Shown: one piece after another, positions 36,288-47,652 of the stretch
How positions within the stretch are numbered: position 1 is the stretch's first letter
Layout: every line of letters starts with the position of its first letter
From: Mobula hypostoma
Lineage: Eukaryota
DNA: 64,000 bases
Assembly: GCF_963921235.1 (NCBI RefSeq)
Contig: NC_086097.1
Location: forward strand, 2,976,001-3,040,000
Direction of reading: 5' to 3'
Position numbers and translations under genes: made by a program
The notes under the pieces: generated by a model
What the model saw: only the letters and a program-made list of their open reading frames with translations
Databases searched by the model: none
What the model was told of the DNA's origin: nothing

Positions 36288-37740
36288 ACCCCACCGCCCC
36301 CTCCACCCCCTCACACACTCTACTCCCTCACACACACCACGCCTCACACCCACCACCCCCCTCTCACACCCTCCACCCCCTCTCACACCCTCCACCCCCC
36401 CACACCCTCCACCTCCCCTCTCACACCCTCCACCTCCCCTCTCACACCCTCCACCCCCCCTCGCACGCCCTCCACCCCTCGCACGCCCTCCACCCCTCGC
36501 ACGCCCTCCACCCCCTTGCACGCCCACCACCCCTCTCACGCCCACCACCCCTCTCACGCCCTCCACCCCTTCACACACTCTATCCTCTCACACCCTCCAC
36601 CCCTCACACACCCTCCACCCCTCACACCCTCCACCCCTCACACCCTCCACCCCTTCACACCCTCTACCCTCTCACACCCTCTACCCCTCACACACCCTCC
36701 ACCCCCTCACACCCTCCACCCCTTCACACCCCCTCCACCCCTCTCACACCCTCCACCCCATCACACACTCCACCTCTCACACACCCCACCCCCCCACGCA
36801 CTCTACCCCCCTCACAAAATTCACCCCCTCACCTCCACCTGCCTTTCAACACCCACATTCCCACCAATCTCCCCCCACCCCTCCACCCATCCGTCTCTCT
36901 ATCTGCTTCTGTTTTTCTCTCCCACCTCTGTCTCTCTCCCCGTTCGTCTCTCTCTCTCCCCTCCCTCCGTCTCTCTCTCTCCCCCTCTGCCTCTCTCTCT
37001 CCCCTCCATCCATCTCTCTCACTCTCTCTCTGTCTCCCCACCATCTCTCCCCCTCTCTCCCCCTCCCCCTGACTCCCTCCCTCTATACCCTCTTCCTCTC
37101 TAACCCCTCCATCTCGCCCTCTCTCTAACCTCTCCATCTTGTTCTCTCTCTCTGTAACCTCTCCATCTCGCTCTCTCTCTCTAACCCCTTCATCTCGCTC
37201 TCTCTAACCCCTCCATCTCACTCTCTCTAACCTCTCCATCTTGTTCTCTCTAACCTCTCCATCTTGTTCTCTCTCTGTCTAACCTCTCCATCTTGATCTC
37301 TCTCTCTAACCTGTCCATCTTGTTCTCTCTCTCTCTAACCTCTCCATCTCGCTCTCTCTCTCTAACCCCTCCATCTCGCTCTCTCTCTCTAACCCCTTCA
37401 TCTCGCTCTCTCTAACCCCTCCATCTCGCCCTCTCTCTAATCTCTCCATCTTGTTCTCTCTAACCTCTCCATCTTGTTCTCTCTCTGTCTAACCTCTCCA
37501 TCTTGATCTCTCTCTCTAACCTGTCCACCTTGTTCTCTCTCTAATCTCTCCATCTCGCTCTCTCTCTCTAACCCCTCCATCTCGTTCTCTCTCTCTAACC
37601 CCTCCATCTCGCTCTCTCTCTAACCTCTCCATCTTGTTCTCTCTAACCTGTCCATCTTGTTCTCTCTCTCTCTAACCTCTCCATCTCGTGCTCTCTCTAA
37701 CCTCTCCATCTATCTCTCTGTCTCTCTCTCTTTCTAACCA
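36288..37740 (+). repeat. Compound low-complexity/minisatellite tract: CACCCTC-like, then CT-rich, then about 25-30-bp 'ctctaacctctccatcttgttctct' units
   Basis: Visible periodicity; + strand strongly G-depleted. Confidence 0.92.
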
Positions 37741-38082
37741 AGTTGAAGTTCACTTATTACCATGGAGCCCTACACATGTATACCACCAAACGATACAATC
37801 TTCCTGCCAACCAAGGTATATAACACAGTACATATAACTCAAGCACAACACACGAAGTAATATTGCCACAAATAAATTAACAAATAATAAGATGTTTGCT
37901 TTGAAGTGGTTTTTCATTTCCCTTTGAGTGCTGTTTTGGTATCTGTATTATTTGAATATCACAATTGGTTTGGAATATATGTTACTGTTTCTAAGACAAG
38001 TACTTAAATGTTGTAATCAGTTTTGCTACTGTAGTGCATTGTGAACATATATATTAGTAAAGCTATGGACAACAGTACAGAC

Positions 38083-38165
38083 CAGGGTTCCCAACCCTTT
38101 GTATGCTATGGAACCTTAGCATTAATTGGGGGAGGGGTTCGTGGATTCTCAGTTGGGAACCCCTG
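38083..38165. mobile_element. hAT-type MITE (83 bp)
   Basis: Terminal inverted repeats cagggttcccaac ... gttgggaacccctg; degenerate 8-bp flanks gtacagac/atatagat. Confidence 0.65.
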
Positions 38166-38231
38166 ATATAGATACATTTTATCTGAGACCAAATCATAAA
38201 GTAATTAACTCTTTTATCTGATTATTAACAG

Positions 38232-38459
38232 ATGGAATTGCAAAATGATGGTGTGGTCCTGGGTCTTGACCATGGCTTGTCCAAGGACATCATCTCCATC
38301 ATAAACAATGTACTTCAGGCACCTTGGGGAGATTCTCATACTTGTCAGAAAGATGAAAAAGATGCTCACTGTAACCTTTGTCAGTCCAGTATTTTGTGCT
38401 ACCAACTGGCCTGTGAACTATTGGAGCAGCTGACACCAAAAGAGGAAATCAAATTGGTG
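38232..38459 (+). CDS. UNC79: UNC79 exon F (228 nt, phase 0-0)
   Basis: attaacag|ATG ... GTG|gtaagg; MELQNDGVVLGLDHGLSKDIISIINNVLQAPWGDSHTCQKDEKDAHCNLCQSSILCYQLACELLEQLTPKEEIKLV. Confidence 0.93.
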
Positions 38460-38586
38460 GTAAGGAAAGTGCAGGAGTAGACTAAAAGTTAAGGTGAAGT
38501 TATTTAACAATTTTTGCTGTTTTATAATATGTTGCAGTTATTCAAATTTCCTGATGACAATCCCTGGATTACTTTTGGATGCTCTC

Positions 38587-38815
38587 TGTGGTAAACCATG
38601 TATTATGTTGTAACTGGGTTAATTGTCTGGACACACCCCTCTGCTGACTGCCCCTGTGGCTCCTCCCACAGAATCCTGAATAAAGGTGTTTCGCCTTGCC
38701 CCTCCCCCTCAGTCTGGGGGCAGACACTCACCATGGAGGTCGTATTGTACATCGAATAAAAGCCTTTCGGTATTTTACCTAACCTCAGTCTTTTGGAGTT
38801 ATTGAAGGTGCTTCA
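38587..38815 (+). mobile_element. Solo LTR (229 bp)
   Basis: TG...CA termini, 5-bp TSD CTCTC (38582-38586 and 38816-38820), AATAAA at 38679 and 38755; unrelated to the two Gypsy LTR pairs. Confidence 0.75.
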
Positions 38816-40008
38816 CTCTCATCCTCAGATATTACTTCTACTATGCCCACCATGTTAGTTCTCCCAAGTCACAACCATACGATTGTAACTCATGTTTCAT
38901 TTCCTCCCAGACCTCTACCTGAACTTCTAGAACTGTCTTTCCACTCAGGCAAGCAGTAACAAATATAAAGAAACTATGGTCAACTTTGAGTAATCCAAAT
39001 TTGAAGCCTTCCGGCCCTGCTGCTGTGCTTTGCTCCCTGTCTGAGGCCTGAACCAATTTCTTGCCTTCTATCTTGCTTGTAAGCCCCTACCTTGCCTGCA
39101 TCACCCCACTTCTTTTCTTCTCATCCAGAAGCCAGTTCTGTTCTTCTGACCCTGAGGTCTTGGTCAACCACGGATGTTGTGTCCCAGCTGTCTACATGAT
39201 ACGTAAGCCTGGGCAGTTCAATATGTAGAGCAAGCTCTCTCCATACAACTGATAAGTCCAAAGGAATGGCAGAGACTGATACAGTTTAGCACCAGCAATA
39301 TTGCAAGAGTTGCCATTCAGCATTGAACTCAGTGTAGGACTGTCTTAGGGATTCCAGCTCTGGAGTTTACTCCTGAAACTTTCCTCATGAATGGGTACAG
39401 CTGCAAGGCAGCAGAGGTTTGAGTTCCAAGTTTTCTAGATAAGCTAGAACCTAGCTGGCGAGCTCTATCTACCCAAAGAAACTGGTTTTAAGGTGCCAGT
39501 AACCCACCATTGCCCCATCTTCTGTCAGTAGAAACATTTCCACTATGCTTAGTAGCTAAGCCACATGTGAAGGCCAGGAGCTGGACTTCATTGTCAGAGG
39601 CTATTTGAAATGCACTTTATTGGGAGCATTTAATAGGTCATGGGAGCTTGTCCCCATTATCACCCTCAACTATAATAACCTTAAGGCTGACCCTTCTGAC
39701 CCATTTCCTGCTAAATAGTCCTGTGCTCAAATATAGTTCCTTGACAGTAAGAACATTTCTTAATCTTCTTTCCACATCACTGTAACCCGTTTAGCTTAAC
39801 CTTATCATCTATGAAAATCTATATTTTTAACACTACCCTTATCCTTTTTCAGAATTCATACATATAGAATTTTCTCAAATGTGTATGTTTATCTTCCTGA
39901 TAATTGTTGGACTTCATTCAATTGTATGCTGTTTCTGCTGAATAATTGAAGCAGAATGTATCAGTTGTCATGCGACTTCCAAGTGAGCCCGGATTTGTTC
40001 TCCTTCAG

Positions 40009-40141
40009 GAGCCCACTGACAGCTTTGAGGAAAGCATGCTCTTTTCAAGGCCTGAATTCACTATTGGGTTCGAAGGAGAGGATGACAATTCAAAAGAGGA
40101 GGAAATTCTAACATCTAACAATGGATGTGAAGAAAATCTTG
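40009..40141 (+). CDS. UNC79: UNC79 exon G (133 nt, phase 0-1)
   Basis: ttctccttcag|GAG ... CTT G|gtattt; EPTDSFEESMLFSRPEFTIGFEGEDDNSKEEEILTSNNGCEENL; phase matches the next exon. Confidence 0.88.
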
Positions 40142-40823
40142 GTATTTGTTGCTTGTTATTATTTTTAACTAACAATGCCATTGTTTAAAAGTTTCTAAAG
40201 CTTCATCTGTTATATGAGTAGTGGTTGCAGTAATTAATTAGCACATAGAGACAACCAAGGAATAGACTAATTCTGTTCCTACGTCTTATAATCTTATGGT
40301 CTTATTGGTTAATAAGATCATAGAATTAAATATATGACTCAAAGACTGGTGTGAAAGAAGTGGGTTTGAATTCATGGGACATTGGCAGCAAGGAAGGAGG
40401 GAGCTGTTCTGGTATGATAAATGCCACCTGAACCATGTAGGCAGCAGGGTTCTAGTGAATCACATAACTACAGTATAATCTATATTCTATTATCCATTTA
40501 TTGAATATTCTCAGAATAAAATAAATCTCAGTGCTGTATATGGTGGCATATGTATACCTTGATGATAAATTTTCTTTGAACTTGAACTTTGAGCTAGGTC
40601 ACTGGAGGTCAAATCACTGGGTGTATTTAAAGCAGATGTTGATAAGTTATCCATTAGTCAGCAACTCAAAGGTTACGGGGAGACGGCAGGAGAATGGAGT
40701 TGAGAGGGACAGTAAATCAAATGGTGGAGCAGCCTCGATGGGTTGAATGGCCTAATTCTGCTACTTTGTCTTTTGGATACTATACAAATGTGAGCTTATT
40801 ACTGAAGTGTTTTTTAATGGTAT

Positions 40824-43800
40824 TGTAGCAATGTGCTACACACAGAACTAGAAATAACGACACGCAGTCTGTAAGTTGCACTCGAGACTAGTTTATTCAA
40901 ACTTCGTGGCACTGGCTTTTACGCAGTTCCGTTCCCGCCCTCTGTGGGCGGAAATGACGTCAGAGGTGCATTACAAAAGTCTTTTCCCGTGTGCAGGCTT
41001 TCTCCCCTTGCTGGTGAAGAAGGTGGCCCAGCGCCATTTTGGGGCTGGCCTCTCTGCCGACACGCATGCCATTTTGTGAGCTGGTTCGCCTGCGTAGAAA
41101 GTGAGTCGCCACATAACCCCCCCCCCCCAGAACTGGCGATACACCCCCAATGTCCACAGTCTGGATCAGTCTCTGTTTGGGCGGTCTGCCTCTGCGCTGT
41201 GGTGCCTGAACCTCGACCGGCTGGGCCAAGTCCACATGGGCCGGTTTGAGTCGGTCCACTGTGAAAACCTCCTCTTTCCCCCCAATGTCCAGAACGTATG
41301 TGGACCTGTTGTTCCTGATCACTTTGAACGGCCCCTCGTACAGCCGCTGTAGCGGTGCCCGGTGTGCGCCCCTTCGTACGAATACAAACTTACAGTTCTG
41401 CAGGTCTTTGGGTATGCAGGTCAGGATCTGTCCGTGCTGTGAAGTCAGTACGGGGGCCAGGTTGCCGAGTCTTTCGCGTAGTCTGAACTCTCCTGGGACG
41501 ACCAGGGGCGCGCCGTACACCAACTCGGCCGACGAGGTGTGCAGATCCTCTTTGGGTGCCGTGCGGATTCCGAGCAGGACCCAGGGAAGCTCATCCACCC
41601 AGTTAGGTCCTTTCAGGCGAGCCATGAGAGCCGACTTCAAGTGACGGTGGAAGCGTTCCACTAGTCCGTTCGACTGTGGGTGGTAGGCAGTTGTGTGGTG
41701 TAATTGTGCTCCCAACAGGCTGGCGGTGAACTGGGCTCCCCTGTCGGAGATAATGTGGGCCGGTATCCTGAAGCGTGCTACCCAGGTTGCGATCAGCGCT
41801 CGGGCGCAGGAATCGGCGGTGGTGTCGTTGAGTGGGACTGCCTCTGGCCATCTCGTGAACCAGTCTACCATAGTTAGGAGGTACCATGCTCCTCGCGACA
41901 CTGGCAGGGGCCCCACGATATCCACATGAATGTGGTCGAACCTCTGGCGGGTGGGTTTGAACCGCTGCGGCGGAGCCTTGGTGTGCCGCTGCACCTTGGC
42001 TGTTTGGCACTGCATGCACGTTTTGGCCCATTCACTGACCTGTTTGCGAAGTCCGTGCCACACAAACTTGCTGGAGACCATCCGGACGGTTGTCCTGATA
42101 GGTGGGTGCGCCAAGCCATGTATGGTGTTGAAAACTCGCCGCTGCCAGGCTGCCGGGACGATGGGGCGAGGTTGGCCGGTAGCCACGTCACACAGGAGGG
42201 TCCTCTCATCTGGGTCTACGAGGAAGTCTTGCAGCTGCAAACCCGAGACTGCGGTCCTGTAGCTGGGCACCTCATCGTCTGCCTGCTGTGCCTCTGCCAG
42301 TGCTGCATAGTCCACCCCTGGGACAGGGCCTGGATAGCTGGTCTGGAGAGTGCGTCCACCACAACGTTGTCCTTTCCCGAGACTTGCTGGATGTCCGTCG
42401 TGTACTCGAAGATGTAGGACGGATGTCACTGGTGGCGGGCCGACCAGGGATCGGACACCTTCGTGAATGTGGAGGTCAACGGTTTGTGGTCCGTGAACGC
42501 GGTGAGCGGCTTGCCTTCTAAGAAGTACCTGAAATGCCGGATTGCCAGATATAGTGCCAACAGCTCCCGGTCGATGGCACTGTACTTGAGTTTGGGTGGC
42601 CGTAGGTGCCTGCTGAAGAACGCCAAGGTTTGCCAGCGCCCCTCGATGAGTTGCTCCAGCACCCCACCGACTGCTGTGTTGGATGCGTCCACCGTGAGGG
42701 CAGTAGGAACATCCGTTCTGGGGTGCACCAGTATCGTGGCATCTGCCAAGGCTTCCTTGGCTTTAATGAAAGCGGCCGCGGCCTCTTCGTCCCAAGTAAT
42801 GCCCTTGCCTTTACCCGACATCAGGGTGAACAAAGGGCGCATGATACGGGCTGCTGAGGGGAGGAAGTGGTGGTAGAGGTTCACCATACCAACGAATTCC
42901 TGCAGGCCTTTGACTGTGTTGGGCCGGGCGAAGTGGCGGATCGCATCTACCTTGGCGGGCAGAAGTGTTGCCCCGTCTTTAGTAATCCTGTGGCCCAGGA
43001 AGTCGATGGTGTCGAGTCCGAACTGACATTTGGCCGGGTTGATCGTGAGGCCGAAATCGCTCAGGTGGGAGTAGAGCTGGTGGAGGTGGGACAGATGCTC
43101 CTGACGACTACTGTTGGATATGAGGATGTCGTCCAAGTAGATGAATGCAAAGTCCAGGTCGCGTCCCACTGCATCCATTAGTCGCTGGAACGTCTGTGTG
43201 GCATTCTTCAGGCCGATCAGCATTCAGAGGAATTCGAACAGGCGGAACGGGGTGATGAATGCTGTCTTGGGGATGTCTTCAGAGTGTACCGGAATTTGAT
43301 GGTATCCCCAGACGAGGTCTACTTTGGAAAAGATCCTTGCGCTGTGTAGGTTTGCTGCAAAGTCTTGAATGTGCGGCACGGGGTAGCGGTCTGGAGTTGT
43401 AGCCTCGTTCAGTCTGCGGTAGTTGCTGTATAGTCTCCAGCCCCCGGTTGCTTTGGGCACCATGTGCAGGGGGGAGGCCCATGGGCTGTCGGACCGCTTT
43501 ATGATCCCCAGTTCCTCCATCCTCTTGAACTCCTTCGCCAGTTGGAGCCTGTCCGGGGGAAGCCTTCGAGCACGGGCGTGGAGGGGTGGTCCCTGGGTCG
43601 GGATGTGGTGCTGTACTCCATGTCTGGGCATGGCTGCCGTGAACTGCGGTGCCAGAACCGATGGAAAGTCCGCCAGGATTCTGGTGAATTTGTTGTCAGA
43701 CAGAGTGATGGAGTCCAGGTGTGGGGTCGGCAACTTGGCTTCACCCAGGGAGAACATCTGGAAAGTCTTGGCATGGACCAGTCTTTCCCCTTGCAAGTCG

Positions 43801-45093
43801 ACCAGCAGGCTGTGAGCTCGCAAGAAGTCTGCCCCCAGGAGTGGTTAGGCCACAGCGGCCAGTGTGAGGTCCCACGTGAACCAGCTGGCGCCGAACTGTA
43901 GCTGCACTGTGCGGGTGCCTTAGGTCTGTATCGTGCTGCCGTTTGCGGCCCTCAGGGTGGGTCCCGGCTCCCTGTTGCGGGTGTCGTACCCCATCGGGGG
44001 TAAGATGCTGATTTCCGCTCCGGTGGCGACCAAGAAGCGCGTCCCGACTGTTTGTCCCAGACGTACAGGAGGCTGCCCTGGCGTTTTCCCGGGAACTCGC
44101 AGGGCGGGCGACAACGGCGGGTTTCTGTGCCCCACCACTGGTGGTAGAAATACCACTGTTCATTGGCCTCCTCACTCCTGCCTCTGGGTTGTGTGCGCTC
44201 CGTTGCCGGGCCTGGTCTGGCCTGCTGTTGGGCGCATGGCTTGGTAATCTGTCTGACGTAAGCCCCGCTCTCCTTCTTGGCTTTCCACAGCACGTCTGCC
44301 TGAGCCGCCACCTTCCGGGGCTGACTGAAATCTGCGTCGGCCAGCAGCAGGTGTGTGTCCTCGGGCAGTTGTTCTAGGAACGCCTGCTCAAACATGAGGC
44401 AGGGCTTGTGTCCTTCAGCCAGGGCCAGCATCTCGTTCATTAATGCTGACGGCGGCCTGTCTCCCAATCCGTCCGGGTGCAGCAAGCGGGCACCTCGCTC
44501 ACGCCGTGAGAGGCCAAAGGTCTCTATGAGCAGCGCTTTGAATGCTGCATATTTGCCTTCTTCCGGGGGTGACTGTATGAAATCCTCAACCTGGGCAGCT
44601 GTCTCCTGGTCAAGGGAGCTCACCATATAATAGTAACACATGGAATCCGAAGATATCTGCCAAATCTGGAACTGGGCTTCTGCTTGGTCAAACCACACGC
44701 CTGGTCGCAACGTCCAGAAAGTTGGCAGTTTTAGCGAAACTGCTTGAACAGATGAAGGGTCGATCATCTTTGGTCCAAATCCCGTTGGGCCCGTCGGGGT
44801 CACCAATGTAGCGATGTGCTACACACAGAGCTAGAAATAAAGACACGCAGTCTGTAAGTTGCACTCAAGACTAGTTTATTCAAACTTCGCGGCACTGGCT
44901 TTTATGCAGTTCCGTTCCCGCCCTCTCTGGGTGGAAATGATGTCAGAGGTGCATTACAGAAGTCTCTTCCTGCACGTGGGCTTTCTCCCCTTGCTGGTGA
45001 AGAAGACCCATTGCCATTTCGGGGCTGGCCTCTCTGCTGACGCGTACGCCATTTTGTGAGCCGGTTCGCCTGCGTAGGAAGTGGGTCGCCACA
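40824..45093 (-). mobile_element. Second complete Ty3/Gypsy element, same lineage as 29509-33823, older and defective
   Basis: LTRs 44807-45093 and 40824-41113 (roughly 28 differences by eye); TSD GTAT; tRNA-Trp PBS; G-run PPT near 41117-41128; gag VSLKLPTFW, RT YLDD, IN HVDIVGP. Confidence 0.96.
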
Positions 45094-45499
45094 GTATTTG
45101 GTTTTGAAAAACCATTAGTAATGTTATAAAGTTACTGTAACAAAGTATATGGTTTTACCTTGAAGAGTATTGATTATATGCCAAATGGAAAATGTAATGG
45201 ATTGATTTATGAATCATAATATGTTCTACCAGGCATTTTCACTTCAGTTGGGGATTGCTGCAATAGGTTGTGGTGGTGCAGCTATACAGTTATCTCATGG
45301 CTTTAACGACTTGGGTTTGATTCTGACCTGTGTGAAGTTTGCATCTTCTCCTGGTGTTCCCATAGGTTTGCTCCAAATGCTCTCATTTCCCTCCACAGCC
45401 CAATTGTCTACTGTAAATGCTCCTTTGTGTGAGGGGCAATTTTTTACACTTGGTGTGTGGAATGCACTGCCTGGAGTGGTGATGAGGGCAGATACATTA

Positions 45500-46300
45500 A
45501 TGTTCAAAGTTCAAAGTAACTTTATTATCAGTGTACATACATGTCACCATATACAACCCTGAGATTCATTTCCTGTGGGTATTCACAATAAATACAAGAA
45601 ACAGAATGTAATCAGTGAAAACTGCACATAACAGAATGGATAAAAAACCAATGTGTAAGAGACAACAAACTGTGCAAATCCAAAAAGAAGATAATAATAT
45701 TAAGTAAGAAATATATATTGAAAACACAAGAAGAGTCCTTGAAAGTGAGTCCATAGGCTGTGGGAATAGCTCAATGATTGGGCGAGTGAATTTAACCCCT
45801 CTGGTTTAGGAGCCTGATTGATAGTTGAGGTGCAATAACTATTCCTGAACGTGGTGGTGTGGCTTCTGAGACTCTGTACCTTCTTCCTGATGACAACAGG
45901 GAGAAGGAAGCATGAGCTAGTTGGTGGGGGTTCTGGATGAGGAGTGCTGCTTTCCTGTGACAGTGCACTGTAGATGTGCTCATTGGTGAGGAGGGCTTTA
46001 CCTGTGATGGACTGGGCCATATCTACCATGTTTTCTAGGCTTTTTTGTTCAAGGGTCTTAGTGTTTTTATACTGTGCCATGATGCAACCAGTCAATATAC
46101 TCTCCATCACACATTTATAGAAGTTTATCAAAGTTTTTGATGATGTACTGAATCTTTGCAAACTTCTAAGAAAGTAGAGGCACTGCTGTAATTTCTTCAT
46201 AATGTTACCTATGTGCTGGACCCAAGACAGATTTTTTGAAATGATAACACCGAAGAAAATAAAGTTGCCAACCTTTTACATCCCTGATCTCCTGAAGAAT
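45500..46300 (-). mobile_element. Rex/Babar-like LINE 3' remnant
   Basis: QCLYFLRSLQRF...FYKCVMESILTGCI...SLRSHTTTFRNSY. Confidence 0.7.
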
Positions 46301-46319
46301 TAAGAACTTTCCAGAGACA

Positions 46320-46975
46320 TCTAGATAAGATTTGCATCATCATGGGGGACAGGAGAGGTTCTGGAGGATTGGAGGGTTGCGGATGTTGTTCCCTTATTCA
46401 AGAAAGGGCGTTGGGGTAGCCCAGGAAATTATAGAGCAGTGAGTCTTACTTCAGTGGTTGGTAAGTTGATGGACAAGATCCTGAGAGGCAAGATTTATGA
46501 ACATTTGGAGAGGCATAATATGATTAGGAATAGTCAGCATGGCTACGAACCTGATTGAATTTTTTGAGGATGTGACTAAACACATTGATGAAGGTAGAGC
46601 AGTAGATGTAGTGTATATGGATTTCAGCAAGGCATTTGATAAGGTACCCCATGCAAGGCTTATTGAGAAAGTAAGGAGGATGGGATCCAAGGTGAACCGC
46701 CCCCATTGCCCACAGGGTATAGTTCTTCTTTATGTACACGTATAATAACACATAGTGAATCTGTGGAATTCGATGCCACAGAGACTTGTGGATGTCATGT
46801 CATTAGGTATATTTAAAATGGAAGTTGATGGGTCCTTGATTAGTCAGGCTGTCAAAGGTTATGGGGAGAATGCAGAAGAATGGGGTTGAGAGAGATAGTA
46901 AATCAACTATGATGGAATGACAGAGCAGACTCGATGGGCCAAACAGCTAAATTCTGCTCCTTGGCTTATGTTCTA
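46320..46975 (+). mobile_element. Sense CR1 fragments
   Basis: EDWRVADVVPLFKKG, TNLIEFFEDVTKHIDEGRAVDVVYMDFSKAFDKV; CR1 3' UTR. Confidence 0.8.
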
Positions 46976-47330
46976 TCTTTGATCAAAACAACTTTTACCT
47001 TTTACATATAGATGAAGTCCCTCATTCCTATACTTATCCTTAAATTGGGGCAGAGCATAATAGGAAATTAATGTATTTCCCAAAGTGAGATGACCAGAAT
47101 TGTGATCTATGTGGTGTTTTACACGAGACAAAGCAGTTTTGACTTTGTACAACATTTGCCTTGGGTGATATCTCTGCAACAATTATTGAGACACTAACTC
47201 AAGCTTATACTTTTACATTTTCTTCTAAACTCATATAAATACATTTTTAATTTAATTACTAAATATCTTGTGGCTTCATACAATCATTGATTTGATTTAA
47301 GTGATGTTTCAATTTTTTTTATTTTAATAG

Positions 47331-47410
47331 AAGAGAAGGATGATGTAGACCAAAGATTTAGTTATCAGCAACTACCTGTTACATTGAAGCTAATTTATAC
47401 AATATTGCAG
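47331..47410 (+). CDS. UNC79: UNC79 exon H (80 nt, phase 1-0)
   Basis: attttaatag|AA GAG ... CAG|gtaatc; (E)EKDDVDQRFSYQQLPVTLKLIYTILQ. Confidence 0.92.
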
Positions 47411-47503
47411 GTAATCTTCTTTTGACCTAATCAGATTTTCTAAATTCATATCTCAATTCTTTCTTTTATTTCCTGACTCTGCTTCGTTTGTTCATATCAA
47501 CAG

Positions 47504-47652
47504 GAGATGCCAAAATGCGAGGAGCCAGACATTCTTTTCAACATGCTCAATTGCTTAAAGATGCTTTGCCTTCATGGGGAATGTTTATATGTTGCAAGAA
47601 AAGATTACCAAAGCTTTCTTGCTTATATTCAAGACAATATGTTGATTTCAAG
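47504..47652 (+). CDS. UNC79: UNC79 exon I (149 nt, phase 0-2)
   Basis: atcaacag|GAG ... TCA AG|gtaaaa; EMPKCEEPDILFNMLNCLKMLCLHGECLYVARKDYQSFLAYIQDNMLIS(S); follows a 93-nt intron. Confidence 0.95.

Noticed and set aside
36010..37137. Long Pro/His/Ser-rich ORFs (372, 274 and 195 aa) and Gly/Arg-rich antisense ORFs
   Set aside because: They arise from a G-poor tandem repeat that seldom produces stop codons. They are open in several frames and have no splice or homology support.
37120..37740. CRISPR-like array or interstitial telomere (ctaacc-containing units)
   Set aside because: There are no unique spacers, the context is eukaryotic, and there are no contiguous (CCCTAA)n runs. It is a CT minisatellite.
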